In this document: piece after piece, positions 1 to 10,510 of the stretch
Layout: each line of letters begins with the position of its first letter
How positions within the stretch are numbered: the stretch's first letter is position 1
From: Malacoraja senta
Taxonomy: Eukaryota
NCBI GenBank assembly: GCA_038087875.1
Contig: CM075992.1
Span: forward strand, 932,001 to 992,000
DNA length: 60,000 nucleotides
Direction of reading: 5' to 3'
Notes under the pieces: model-generated
Told to the model about the DNA's origin: nothing
Databases searched by the model: none
Seen by the model: the letters and a program-made list of their open reading frames with translations, nothing else
Made by a program: the position numbers and the translations under genes

Positions 1-115
1 CCGGAGCCCGCGCCGCTCTCGGACCGTGCGTCCCGCCGCGCGCATGCGCGGCCCCGCTTACCGCCGACGCGATGACGCGACCACGGCGTGACGTTGTGTA
101 TTCACGTCACAAGGT
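1..115. promoter_or_regulatory. Edge of CpG-rich promoter-like region (NRF1 and CRE-like motifs)
   Basis: Very CpG-dense. Perfect NRF1 palindrome GCGCATGCGC at 40-49, three TGACG half-CRE motifs at about 73-110, and a minus-strand donor-like G|GTAAGC at 62/61. Truncated by the window edge. Confidence 0.6.
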
Positions 116-260
116 CACAAGTGACTGTAGCAGAATGAGGCCATTCGGCCCATCAAGTCAATTCCTCCATTCAATCAGGGCTGATCTATTTCTCCCTCCT
201 AACCCCATTCTCCAGCCTTCTCCCCTTAACCCCTGACACCCGTACTAATCAACAATCTAG

Positions 261-709
261 CTCCGGTCGGTCCGCAATAACCAACCTGACCTCCCGGTGG
301 CTCAGCACTACAACTCCCCCTCCCATTCCGTATCTGACCTCTCTGTCCTGGGTCTCCTCCATGGCCACAGCGAGCAACACCGTAAATTGGAGGAAATGCA
401 CCTCATATTCCGCTTGGGCAGTCTACATCCTGGGGGCCTCAACATTGAATTCTCCCAATTCTGCTAGCCCTTGCTGTCCCCTCCCCTTCATCAGCCCTCT
501 GGTTGTCTCCTCCCCTCCCCCAGCCCTCGGGCTCCTCCTCCGCCTTTGTCCTTTTTTCCTTTCTTCTCCCCACCCCCTATCAGTCTGAAGAAGGGTTTCG
601 GCCCGAAACGTCACCTATTTCCTTCGCTCCATAGATGCTGCTGCACCCGCTGAGTTTCTCCAGCATTTTTGTGTACCTTCGATTTTCCAGCATCTGCAGT
701 TCCTTCTTT
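261..709 (+). mobile_element. Penelope-like element 3' end: GIY-YIG endonuclease C-terminus plus pseudo-LTR
   Basis: 261-467 translates as LRSVRNNQPDLPVAQHYNSPSHSVSDLSVLGLLHGHSEQHRKLEEMHLIFRLGSLHPGGLNIEFSQFC*, typical of PLE GIY-YIG tails (HxN...E...L...P.GLN). Flanked by the direct repeat aacaatctagctccg at 251-265 and 710-724. Confidence 0.85.
581..618 (+). ncRNA. Putative minimal type-I hammerhead ribozyme core in the PLE pseudo-LTR
   Basis: CUGAAGA-A-GGG(uuucgg)CCC-GAAA-CG-UC: both conserved core boxes, a stem II, a palindromic ACGU stem III and a GUC triplet ending at 612. Stem I is only 2 bp in this copy. Confidence 0.55.
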
Positions 710-1129
710 AACAATCTAGCTCCGCCCATTGACGGCCTCCACAGCCTCCTGTGGCAATGAATTTCACAGATTCAACACCCTCCGAGTAAAGAAATTCCTC
801 CTCATCTACTTCCTAAAGGAACGTCCTTTAATTCTGAGCCCATGCCCTCTGGTCCTAGACTCTCCCACTAGTGGAAACATCCTCTCCACATCCACTCTAT
901 CCAAGCCTTTCACTATTCAGTAAGTTTCAATGAGGTTCCCCCTCATCCTTCTAAACTCCAGCGAGTACAAGACCCAGTGCTGTCAAACGCTCATCATAAG
1001 TTAACCTAGTCATTCCTGGGATCATTCATGTAAACCTCCTCTGGACCCTCGCGAAAGCCAGCATATCCTCAGATTCAGTATTCAATTCTTGAATCTAGAT
1101 TAACTTGATTTTTACACTAGTCCCACCCC

Positions 1130-1680
1130 CCCCCCCCACCATCCCTCCAAACCTGTCCTATCCATATACTTATCTAAATGTTTCTTAAGCGTTGGGATAG
1201 TCCCAGCCACAACTACCACTCTGGCAACTCACTCCATACACCCACCACCCTTTGTGTGAAAATGTTATCTCTCAGATTCCCATTAAATCTTTTCCCCTTC
1301 ACCTATGTCCTCATGTGCTCAAATCCCCTACTCTGTGCATCTACCCAATCTATTCCTCTCATGATTTTATACACCTCTACAATATCACCTCATCCTCCTG
1401 CGCTCCAAGGAAGAGTCCTAGCCTACTCAACCTCTCCCTGTAGCTCAGACCTTCGTGTCCTGGCAACATCCTCGTAAATCTTCTCTGTACCCTTTCCAGC
1501 TTGACAACATCTTTCCAATAACATGGTGCTCAGAACTGAACACAATACTCTAAATGTGGCCTTACCAACGTCATTGGGGAGAAGGCAGGAGAATGGGGTT
1601 GAGAGGTAAAGATAGATCAGCCATAATTGAATCGCAGAGTACACGATGGGCCAAATAGCCTAAGTCTGCTTCCATATCTT
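1130..1680. mobile_element. Older CR1-like fragments
   Basis: Degenerate minus-strand CR1 RT 3' region (gaactgaacacaatactctaaatgtggcc) followed by a plus-strand CR1 tail (gagaaggcaggagaatgggg). Confidence 0.6.
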
Positions 1681-1722
1681 ATGATCATAAGCAGGAAATG
1701 CCACATCTCAAACATCTCCTAC

Positions 1723-1783
1723 CTTCACTAGTTTGGGGTTCAGGCTGATGGCAAGTCCCCTGATCACGCACAGCAGGATGTCT
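1723..1783 (-). CDS. Candidate SAMD1-like internal exon (61 nt, RHPAVRDQGTCHQPEPQTSE)
   Basis: Acceptor tttcctctttccAG and donor GAAG|GTAGGA. Its phase-0 start matches the phase-0 end of exon 2708-2793. No homology recognised. Confidence 0.45.
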
Positions 1784-2279
1784 CTGGAAAGAGGAAATAC
1801 TTAGTTTAGTTTAGAGATACAGCAAGGAAACAGGCCCTTCAGCCCACACCGACCATCTGTTCACACTAGTTCCATGTTATCCCACTTTCGCATCCACTCC
1901 CTACACACTTATTTATAAAGGTCAGTTGATCTGCAAACCCGCACATCTTGGGATGTGGGAGGAAACAGGCGCTTCTGCCCATGGAGCTCGCGCTGACCAG
2001 CGATCACGTACACTAGTTCTATCCTATGCACTAGGGACAATTTACAGGTCAATTCACCTACAAACCTGCACGTCTTTGGGACGTGGCAGGAAACCATTTC
2101 TTTCACCTATCCTGCTGCCTTGAAGAATACACTCAAGGTCCTTTTATTTGTCCGTACCCGACTACATGCCAAAATCATAAAAACTGCAGATGCTGAAAAT
2201 CTAAAATAGAAAGAGAGAATGCTGGAAACCCAGCATGTCAGGCAGCATCTGTGGGAAGAGAACCAGAGTTAAGGTGAAG

Positions 2280-2560
2280 ATAGACATAAAAATCTGGAGT
2301 AACTCAGTGGGACAGGCAACATCTCTGGAGAGAAGGAATGGGTGACGTTTCAGGTCAAGACCCTTCTTCAGACTGCTTAGGGATAAGGGAAACGCGAGAT
2401 ATAGACGATGATGTGGAGCGATAAAAAATAATGAATAAAAGATGTGCAAAAAAGTAACGATGATAAAGGAAATAGGCCATTGTAAGCTGCTTGTTGGGTG
2501 AAAATGAGAAGCTAGTGTGACTTGGGTGGGAGAGGGATAGAGAGAGAGGGAATGTTGGGG
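2280..2560 (-). mobile_element. Penelope-derived pseudo-LTR repeat with hammerhead-like core at about 2344-2371
   Basis: Reverse complement of ctgaagaagggtcttgacctgaaacgtcacccattccttctctccagagatg... Confidence 0.75.
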
Positions 2561-2707
2561 CTAAGACATTTTGTAGGTTCTGGCTCTGCCCGGACGCAAG
2601 GTCTCCAAACTGAAACATGAATCCATTAACACCGCCCCTGGAGAGAGCGAGGGAGAGAGTCACAGAATCATGGACGCTGCGAGAGGTAGTGTGTGAAATG
2701 TACTCAC

Positions 2708-2793
2708 GTTGTCCATGCACTGGGGTACCGCCGCCGTGTCACCGTCCGCCAGACTGAGCTGATCAAACGTTCCCCCGTCTACTCCTGCCTCAC
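2708..2793 (-). CDS. Candidate SAMD1-like internal exon (86 nt, GEAGVDGGTFDQLSLADGDTAAVPQCMDN)
   Basis: Acceptor tgtcctgttttgtgccgcAG and strong donor AAC|GTGAGT. Its phase-1 start matches the phase-1 end of exon 4124-4568. Confidence 0.55.
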
Positions 2794-3703
2794 CTGCGGC
2801 ACAAAACAGGACACAAACCAGAGGCTGAGTGTAACATATGGGTGCGGTCTTTACCAATACAGCGGTGACACAGGCTGGGAGAGGGTGGCGAAGGTGGCAT
2901 TTAGCACGATTTCTTCAGCAGGTGGAGGGAAGGGTCGCGGCCTGTAGAGGCAGCCGCCGAGCCGGCCTCTGCTTGACCCGCGGAGGTCCAGAGAACCGCA
3001 GTGGACAGCGGAGCCAAAGAATGAGGGCCGGTGAGAGAGTGAACCGGGGTCTTGCCTTCCATCCACACCCTCAAGGCCAGCTGCGGCAGGCAGGCAGCCC
3101 CGGGGCACAAAGGCTGAAGGTGGATGGGGCGAGGAAACATAGAAACATAGAAAAATAGGTGCAAGAGTAGGCCATTCAGCCCTTCGAGCCAGCACCGCCA
3201 TTCAATACGATCATGGCTGATCATCCAAAATCAGTATCATGTTCCTGCTTTCTCCCCATATCCCTTGATTCCGTTAGCCCTAAGAGCTAAATCTAACTCG
3301 CTCATGAAAACATCCAGTGCCTTCTATGGCAGAGAATTCCACAGATTCAGGAGCGAGACGACGGCACGTTGGACGATCCGGAGGGAGGCGATGGCTGGAG
3401 GCCCTGCAGCAGCCTGGGGCTCGCCTGGATCGGAAGACCGCTCCAGGAGGCCAAGCGCGCGGACCGGACTGGACTTTGTAAATAGCACCAAAACCTACTG
3501 ACACTTAAGTGCGGTCTCAATGGACTGTTTCTATGCACTTTGTACTAATCGGGGCAATAGTTTACTGAACTCTTGAGTCACACAGCATGGAAACGGGCCC
3601 TTCGGCCCAACTTGCCCACACCAACCAACATGTCCCAGCTGCACTAGTCCCACCTGCCTGCGTTTGTCCCATATCCCTGTAAACCTGCCCTATACATGTA
3701 CCT

Positions 3704-3875
3704 AGAGAAACTCAGCGGGTATGGCAGCATCTATGGAGCGGAGGAAATAGGCAACGTTTCGGCCCGAAACGTTGCCTATTTCCTTCGCTCCATAGATGCT
3801 GCCGTACCCACTGAGTTTCTCCAGCAATTTTGTCTACCTTCGATTTTCCAGCATCTGCAGTTCCTTCTTGAACAG
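3704..3875. mobile_element. Foldback (palindromic) Penelope-derived short element with 13-bp TSD
   Basis: Arms are near-perfect reverse complements around gcaacgtttcggcccgaaacgttgc. TSD tatacatgtacct at 3691-3703 and 3876-3888. Confidence 0.85.
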
Positions 3876-4123
3876 TATACATGTACCTGCCTCCTCTGGC
3901 AGCTTGTTCCATACACCCACCCCACTTTGTGTAAAATAAGTTACCCCTCAGGATTAGTGTGGATAGGTGTGACGGTCATCTCGGACAGGATGGGCTGAAG
4001 GGCCTCTATCTAAGCTGTATAATGCTATGACTATGAGTGTTGGAAGATGGGTCTTCTGCCAGAGATGCTGCCTGTCCCGCTGAGCTACGCCAGCTAACTT
4101 TGCTATGACTATGCCTATGTTAC

Positions 4124-4568
4124 CTTGGTGGATGCCAGGCTCCTGGACGTGCGGGTCTCCACAGGCTCCATCCATGGGGACAGAGACGTCAGGAGAGCTT
4201 GTTTCACCCACGATGTTCGGAGAGAGGTGCACTTGCCCCCTCTCTGGCTCCTCGGCCTCTTGTCCCGGCTCAGCTCCAGTGAGGTCCTTGGTCTCATGGC
4301 CTTGGGACTGCGACGGGCCTTGCCCTGCAGCTGATGCCACTTCGAGCTGCTCTTCAGAGGACAGCTCCTCACCGGTGTCTTCAACAGCGGGTGATTTGGC
4401 GGGGCTCTCCTCACCTTCTTCACTCCCGCCATCGCTGGCGGTCTCCACGTCATTCTGCGCCTCCCTCGGCACCTGCCTCCTCAACCCCACATCTTTCGTT
4501 GCAGCCGCCTTTTCTTCATCACTTCCTTCGCTGTCCGACGGCTTGGCCTCCTTTGTTCTCCTGGTCTT
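4124..4568 (-). CDS. SAMD1: SAMD1-like exon 2: acidic, low-complexity linker (KTRRTKEAKPSDSEGSDEEK...EPGIHQ)
   Basis: Acceptor gtcttcctgcAG in phase 0 matching exon 1, donor CAAG|GTAACA, open 445-nt frame with protein-like E/S/G composition. Confidence 0.7.
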
Positions 4569-4754
4569 CTGCAGGAAGACAGAGCAACAGTGTTGAGCTG
4601 AGAACAAGTAATCCGCAACGTCACCTATCCACGTTCCTGAAGAAGGGTCCCGACCAGAAACATCACCCATCTACCTTCTCCAGAGATGCTGCCTGACCCA
4701 CTGAGTTACTCCAGCACTCTGTGAAACGTCACCTATCCATGTTCTCCAGAGATG

Positions 4755-5131
4755 CTTATAGAAACGTACAAGATTCTTAAGGGGTTGGACAGGCTAGATG
4801 CAGGAAGATTGTTCCCGATGTTGGGGAAGTCCAGAACAAGGGGTCACAGTTTAAGGGTAAGGGGGAAGTCTTTTAGGACCGAGATGAGAAAATCATTTTT
4901 CACACAGAGAGTGGTGAATCTGTGGAATTCTCCGCCACAGAAGGTAGTTGAGGACAGTTCATTGGCTATATTTAAGAGGGAGTTAGATGTGGCCCTTGTG
5001 GGTAAAGGGATCAGCGGGTATGGAGAGAAGGCAGGTACAGGATACTGAGTTGGATGATCAGCCATGATCATATTGAATGGCGGTGCAGGCTCGAAGGGCC
5101 AAATGGCCTACTCCTGCACCTATTTTCTATG
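4755..5131 (+). mobile_element. CR1-like LINE 3' fragment inserted in a Penelope-derived repeat
   Basis: Encodes LIETYKILKGLDRLDAGRLFPMLGKSRTRGHS, followed by the tail gcctactcctgcacctattttctatg. PLE repeat sequence continues on both sides. Confidence 0.9.
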
Positions 5132-7319
5132 CTGCCTGACCCACTGAGTTACTCCAGCATTTTGGGTCTTTTTTTTTTGTAAACCAGCATCTACAGTTCC
5201 TTGCTTCTACAATTAACAATAGCTAGAGAGGAAGCTACACTGTCAGAAAGAGTACAAAGCCCTATATAACTGAAACAGACCTCCCTACCTTGGTTGGACA
5301 TAACATGCTGGAGTAACTCAGCGGGACAGGCAGCATCTCTGGAGAGAAGGAATGGGTGACATTTCGGATCAAGACCCTTCTCCAGTATTTGGTTTAAACC
5401 AGCATCTGCAGTTCCTTCCTCGTATTCAATTACCCCATCCACAAACAGTGACATTCTGATACCTTTCCCGGTTCCTTACTGAATACATGTACTCGTGTTT
5501 GTTGAATCATCCATTAGATCCGAGAGTTCTGTACCCATTCGCCCTTTAGACGCAGACAACCAACCCTCCCTACTCCCCATACAGCGGGGGTGGCGTTCCT
5601 GAGGAACGGTCTGTACTACAGTTTTCCACAAAGCAAAGTTTAGCCATCTCAGCACGGGTCAACAAACAGGAGTTGTAAACAATAGGTCCATTTCCCCCTC
5701 CTCGTGTCATCTTCATAAACTTACTTTGTGAAGGAAAGCAGAGATAGATAGGTTCTTGATTAAGGTTACAGGGAGAAGGCAGGAGAATGGGATGAGTGGG
5801 ACAAATAGATCAGACATGATTGAATGGAGCAGCAGACTCGATGGGCCGAATGGCCTAATCCTGCTCCTTTGTCTTATGATACTTTCCTCCCCATCTTTAC
5901 TTTAGTTTAGAAATACAGCATGGAAACAGGCCCTTCAGCCCACGTTGACCACCAATCACCCGTTCTGTGTTATCCCACTTTTCACATCCAGTCCCCGCAC
6001 ACCAGGGGGCAATTTACAGAGAATTATTAACCTAGAAACCTGCACGTCTTTAGGATGTGGGATGAACCCATGCAGTCACAGGGAGAACGTGAAAACTCCA
6101 CACAGACAGCACCCGAGTTTAGGATCGAAATCTGGTCTCTGGCGCCGTGAAGTGGCAACTACCAGCTTCGCCTCTACATTGGGTCATCAGCAAACTCATC
6201 CCAGTGATAACATAAGCTGCAAACAGCTGAGGCCCAGTGCCGATCCCTGTACAAAGCATCCAGCAAAGGCCCGTGTTTATTAATCTGTTTCCTGCTAGCT
6301 GCCACTTCCTCTTTAATGTTGCTTCTGAACTACAGCTTCCACTTTCAGCACTGAACGTTGATGTGTGACACGGCGTTCCCTGCATCACACAGAGTGAATG
6401 TTCTCATTCCCAGCCCGCACCCAGAGCCAGACACACTCCAAGCCCACCCTCCCACATCCACACTGGGTGCTGCTGCTCCCATGGTCGAGACCCCTGCATG
6501 CTCTGCTCACACCCACACGTGGTACCACCCATGTCACACCACAGTGGGCACAGCCTCCACAGCCCACTCCAGTCCCACAACAGACCCCCCTCCCACCCCC
6601 ATCCCTGGCACCTACTCACTCCAACACCCACACCGGGCACCCAGTCATCCAGACAGTCTGAAGAAGGGTCTCAACCGGAAACGTCACCCATTCCTCCAGC
6701 TTTCTGTGGCTATCTTCGGTTTAAAGCAGCATCTGCAGTTCCTTCTTCCACACCCAGTCATTCCCCATCATCCCGGGCACCCACTCACCCAGCACTCTCA
6801 GGCATCACCCCACCTCAGTCAATAACTTACCTCACCCCCTCAGGCACCCGGTCAATCACCACCCACCCACCTTGGGCACCCTGTTACTCTCTCACCCTCT
6901 GGCACTCACTCACACCCTCTTCCCCCACCTTGTAGTTCCCACTCACCATCTGTGAGCATACCTTCACCCTGGTCGCTAACTTACCCCCCCCCCCCTATCC
7001 TCTGGCACCCACATACACCCTCACCACCCCCACCCTGGAGCACCCTCTCACCCTGGGCACCTAGTGCCCACCCACCCACACTGGACACCTGGAGCCCACC
7101 CAGGGGCACCCACCCACACTGGACCCCTAGCCCAAGGGCAGCCAGTCACCCCTCATCACAGACCCTGGTCACTGACTCACCTCACACCCTCGGGCACCCT
7201 GTTACTCCCCACACTGCCACCCTCGGGCACCCAGTCAACACATTCAAAGGCACCCGGTGCCTACCAACCCCTCCTGGATACCGAATCACACTCCCCTCTC
7301 CTACACTGGACACCCTGTG

Positions 7320-8270
7320 CGCACCCAGTACCCCCTCACCCCACCCAAGGGGCACCCTGTCACACCCCACCCACCCAAGGGGCACCCAGTACCCCCTCAC
7401 CCCACCCAAGGGGCACCCAGTACCACCACCCCATCCACCCAAGGGGCACCCAGTACCCCCTCACCCCACCCACCCAAGGGGCACCCAGTACCCCCTCACC
7501 CCACCCACCCAAAGGGGCACCCAGTACCCCCTCACCCCACCCACCCAAAGGGGCACCCAGTACCCTCTCACCCCACCCAAGGGGGCACCTAGTCACCCCC
7601 TCCCCCACCCCATCCACCCAAGGGGCACCCAGTACCCCCAACCCCATCCACCCAAGGGGCACCCAGTCCCCTCACCCCACCCAAGGGGCACCCAGTACCC
7701 CCTCACCCCACCCAAGGGGCACCCAGTACCCCCTCACCCCACCCAAGGGGCCCCCAGTACCCCCTCACCCCACCCAAGGGGCACCCAGTACCCCCTCACC
7801 CCACCCCAAGGGGCACCCAGTACCACCACCCCATCCACCCAAGGGGCACCCTGTCACACCCCCTCACCCCACCCAAGGGGCACCCAGTACCACCACCCCA
7901 TCCACCCAAGGGGCACCCTGTCAACCCCCTCACCCCACCCAAGGGGCCCCCAGTCACCCCCTCACCCCACCCCATCCACCCAGTACCCCCTCACCCCACC
8001 CAAGGGGCACCCAGTACCCCCTATCCCCACCCAAGGGGCACCCAGTACCCCCTCACCCCACCCAAGGGGCACCCTGTCAACCCCCTCACCCCACCCACCC
8101 AAAGGGGCACCCAGTACCCTCTCACCCCACCCCATCCACCCAGTACCCCCCTCACCCCACCCAAGGGGGCACCCAGTCACACCCTCCCCCACCCCACCCA
8201 CCCAAGGGGCACCCAGTCACCCTCTCACCCCACCCCATCCACCCAGTACCCCCTCACCCCACCCAAGGGT
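7320..8270. repeat. 31-bp GC-skewed minisatellite in SAMD1-like intron 1
   Basis: Unit ccaaggggcacccagtaccccctcaccccac with variants, roughly 30 copies. A degenerate C/A-rich extension runs back to about 6400. Confidence 0.95.
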
Positions 8271-8276
8271 GCCCAC

Positions 8277-8444
8277 CTTGCGCTCGGGGCCGCTGTCAGT
8301 GAGTGTGAGCCGCCGCTTCCCCTGGGCCTCGGCCTCGGCCTCCGGGCTGTTTCTGTTGCCGCCGCCGCCGCCGCGGGCCCGGGCCACCTGCTGCTCCTTG
8401 TGCCGGGCCCGGGTCAGCACCACACTGGGCGGCGGTGGCGGCCG

Positions 8445-8479
<35 letters not shown>

Positions 8480-8777
8480 GCGTGGCCGGGCTGCTGCTGC
8501 CCGAGGGCCCAGGCTCGGGCTCGGGCTCGGCTCCGGGCCCAGCTCCAGGCCCAAGCCCCGGGCTCGCGTTGCGGTACGAGTGCGAGCCCTTGTAGCGGAC
8601 CCGCAGCAGGGCCCGGGAGCGCAGCAGCCGCTCGAGTTGGCGCCGGGTGCGGCCGGGAGACACACCGTGCCGCCGCTGCACCATGGCGCAGATCCGCTCC
8701 TGGTCGGGCCGGGCCTTGCGGGCCCGCAGCCACTCGATGGCCTCGGAGATCCAGCGCCGGCACTCGGCCTCCGACAT
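8277..8777 (-). CDS. SAMD1: SAMD1-like exon 1 encoding the CpG-binding winged-helix domain
   Basis: MSEAECRRWISEAIEWLRARKARPDQERICAMVQRRHG...LLRVRYKGSHSYRN matches the SAMD1/KAT6 WH signature (LRxRKARPDxERIC...YKGSxSYRN). ATG at 8775-8777, donor AAG|GTGGGC, 501 nt. Lies in a CpG island next to a PRKAC gene, as in the known SAMD1-PRKACA synteny. Confidence 0.85.
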
Positions 8778-8960
8778 ACCCGGGCCCCAGGCTTCCCTTC
8801 ACCGGCCTAGGATCATCTCTCCTTCCCTCCCCTACCCCCAGGCCCCGGCCTCCCGCTCCCCGGCCTCCCGCTCCCCTCTCCCCGCTCCCCGCCTGTGCTG
8901 GGCGGGGCTCCAGGAGACAAACCCCGGCAGCTCCCAGTGGGCTGGGCCTGGCCTCTTGTG
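8778..8960 (-). promoter_or_regulatory. GC/CpG-rich 5' region and probable promoter of the SAMD1-like gene
   Basis: GC boxes (gggcgggg, ccccgcc) and ccggcctcccgctc repeats directly upstream of the ATG. Confidence 0.5.
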
Positions 8961-9083
8961 GAATACAGTCACACAGACCCTTCGGCCCATCATGCCCATA
9001 CCCACCCACCAACATGTATGTCCCCTGTGATGGATGCTTATGTTAAAATGTCTTTTTTTTAAAAATCTGTTGCTTTTTTTAAT

Positions 9084-9283
9084 NNNNNNNNNNNNNNNNN
9101 NNNNNNNNNNNNNNNNNNNNNNNNNNNNNNNNNNNNNNNNNNNNNNNNNNNNNNNNNNNNNNNNNNNNNNNNNNNNNNNNNNNNNNNNNNNNNNNNNNNN
9201 NNNNNNNNNNNNNNNNNNNNNNNNNNNNNNNNNNNNNNNNNNNNNNNNNNNNNNNNNNNNNNNNNNNNNNNNNNNNNNNNNNN
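9084..9283. other. Assembly gap (200 N)
   Basis: Run of N. Confidence 1.
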
Positions 9284-10510
9284 CTCATTTACACCTTTTC
9301 GCTTTTTCAGCTCACGCTTTTTTTTCTCGGCAGGGAACACGGCACAGATGGGAGCCGCAACATTGAAGGTGAGGTTATTGTGGGAAGGCAATGGACTGAA
9401 AGCAGATCCAATGCTTTGACCCTTAGAACGGATCAAAAGCTGGGACACAGGAAAATCGTCCAAATGTAAAGACATGGGTGAGCTAAGTGATTGCTTGGGA
9501 CATCGTGTTCTTCAAAAATGTGCATGCTTCAATGAGAATTGTATCCTCTTGTTGAGAAATAATTTGTATTTGCATGGCACCTTCTATGGTTCCAAGAAGC
9601 TGCATAATGTTTCGCAGGTAACGCAGAACTTTTTTGTAAGAGCGGTTGCCTTTGCAAGGCTAAAACAATTCCCCACATAAAATATCTCACAACCAGCAGG
9701 GCGGCGGTGGACACAATCAGTTCAGTGATGTTTGGTTGAATAATAATAATCGGCCAGCATACGAGGGCAACTCCACTCCATCAAGAAACAGCACATTGAA
9801 ATTATTACAAATTTGTAATTTTCCAAAGAAGTACTTCAACTGGAAAGTTAAATAAATATGGATTCTACGTTATTAGCAGTTTGCAAATATTACCACATCT
9901 CCTAACCAATCATAAGTACACAGTCTAATGGTATGAAATGCAGAATCCTTTCCTTTGTCATTCTTGAGTGAGAATATGTCGGGGAAATCAATATCACAGA
10001 CTAAACCTTCCTTGAGGTTTTCACTCTGAAGTTGCCTGAAATGAGTTGACCGAGTTGGTAGGAGGCTCAAGCAGTTAGTTGAGCTACATCAGGTCAGAAA
10101 TGGAAAAGCAGTCCCTTCACTCAGAGATACATTTTAGAAAAAAAAAATTAAAGGGCTTTAATGTATAAGTAAAATATCTTTTAAAACACAGAACATATAT
10201 AACATTCGGACACATTGAGATATAAATGGTTATCGGAGGTCGGCAAAAAAAAAAGAGAGCAGTTTAGTGTGTCATTGATAGTAGTGACCATCTGGAGAAC
10301 CTCAGGGTTTGCAGGAGTCTGTTTATGGGAAAGAGGACAAGGCTCTTCCAAGTCATGGCAATATAGTACTCCATCTGGTGGAATGCACAAACCTAACATA
10401 AAAGCTTTCAGTAAATACAAGTTTAGGCTCCCATCCAAACAGTGCCTCCTTTCAGTCCCAGATGAGTATTAATTTCCCAGTCACTTCATTGCTTCATCTC
10501 ATTTCGTTCC

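Larger units (their letters stand above)
128..1070 (-). mobile_element. CR1-like LINE 3' fragment, interrupted by a Penelope insert at 266-709
   Basis: Reverse complement of the CR1 3' tail (ggccattcggccc, ccccattctcc) and of the RT C-terminal region (gaatttcacagattc, tctcccactagtggaaac), matching other CR1 copies in the window. Confidence 0.8.

Noticed and set aside
2855..3113. Extra SAMD1-like exon (AFVPRGCLPAAAG...)
   Set aside because: The acceptor at 3114 is plausible and in phase, but the only good donor (TG|GTAAAG) is out of phase with the next exon and leaves an intron of about 60 nt. Unsupported without RNA data.
7320..8270. CRISPR-like array
   Set aside because: Tandem units lack unique spacers, the context is a eukaryotic intron, and there are no cas genes.
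6952..8595. 547-aa and 412-aa Pro/His/Thr-rich plus-strand ORFs
   Set aside because: Produced by the 31-bp minisatellite and the antisense of SAMD1-like exon 1; no domain content.
8296..9046. Overlapping long GC-rich ORFs (239 aa, 203 aa)
   Set aside because: Alternative frames of a CpG island with few stop codons; only the 8777 frame has the WH signature.
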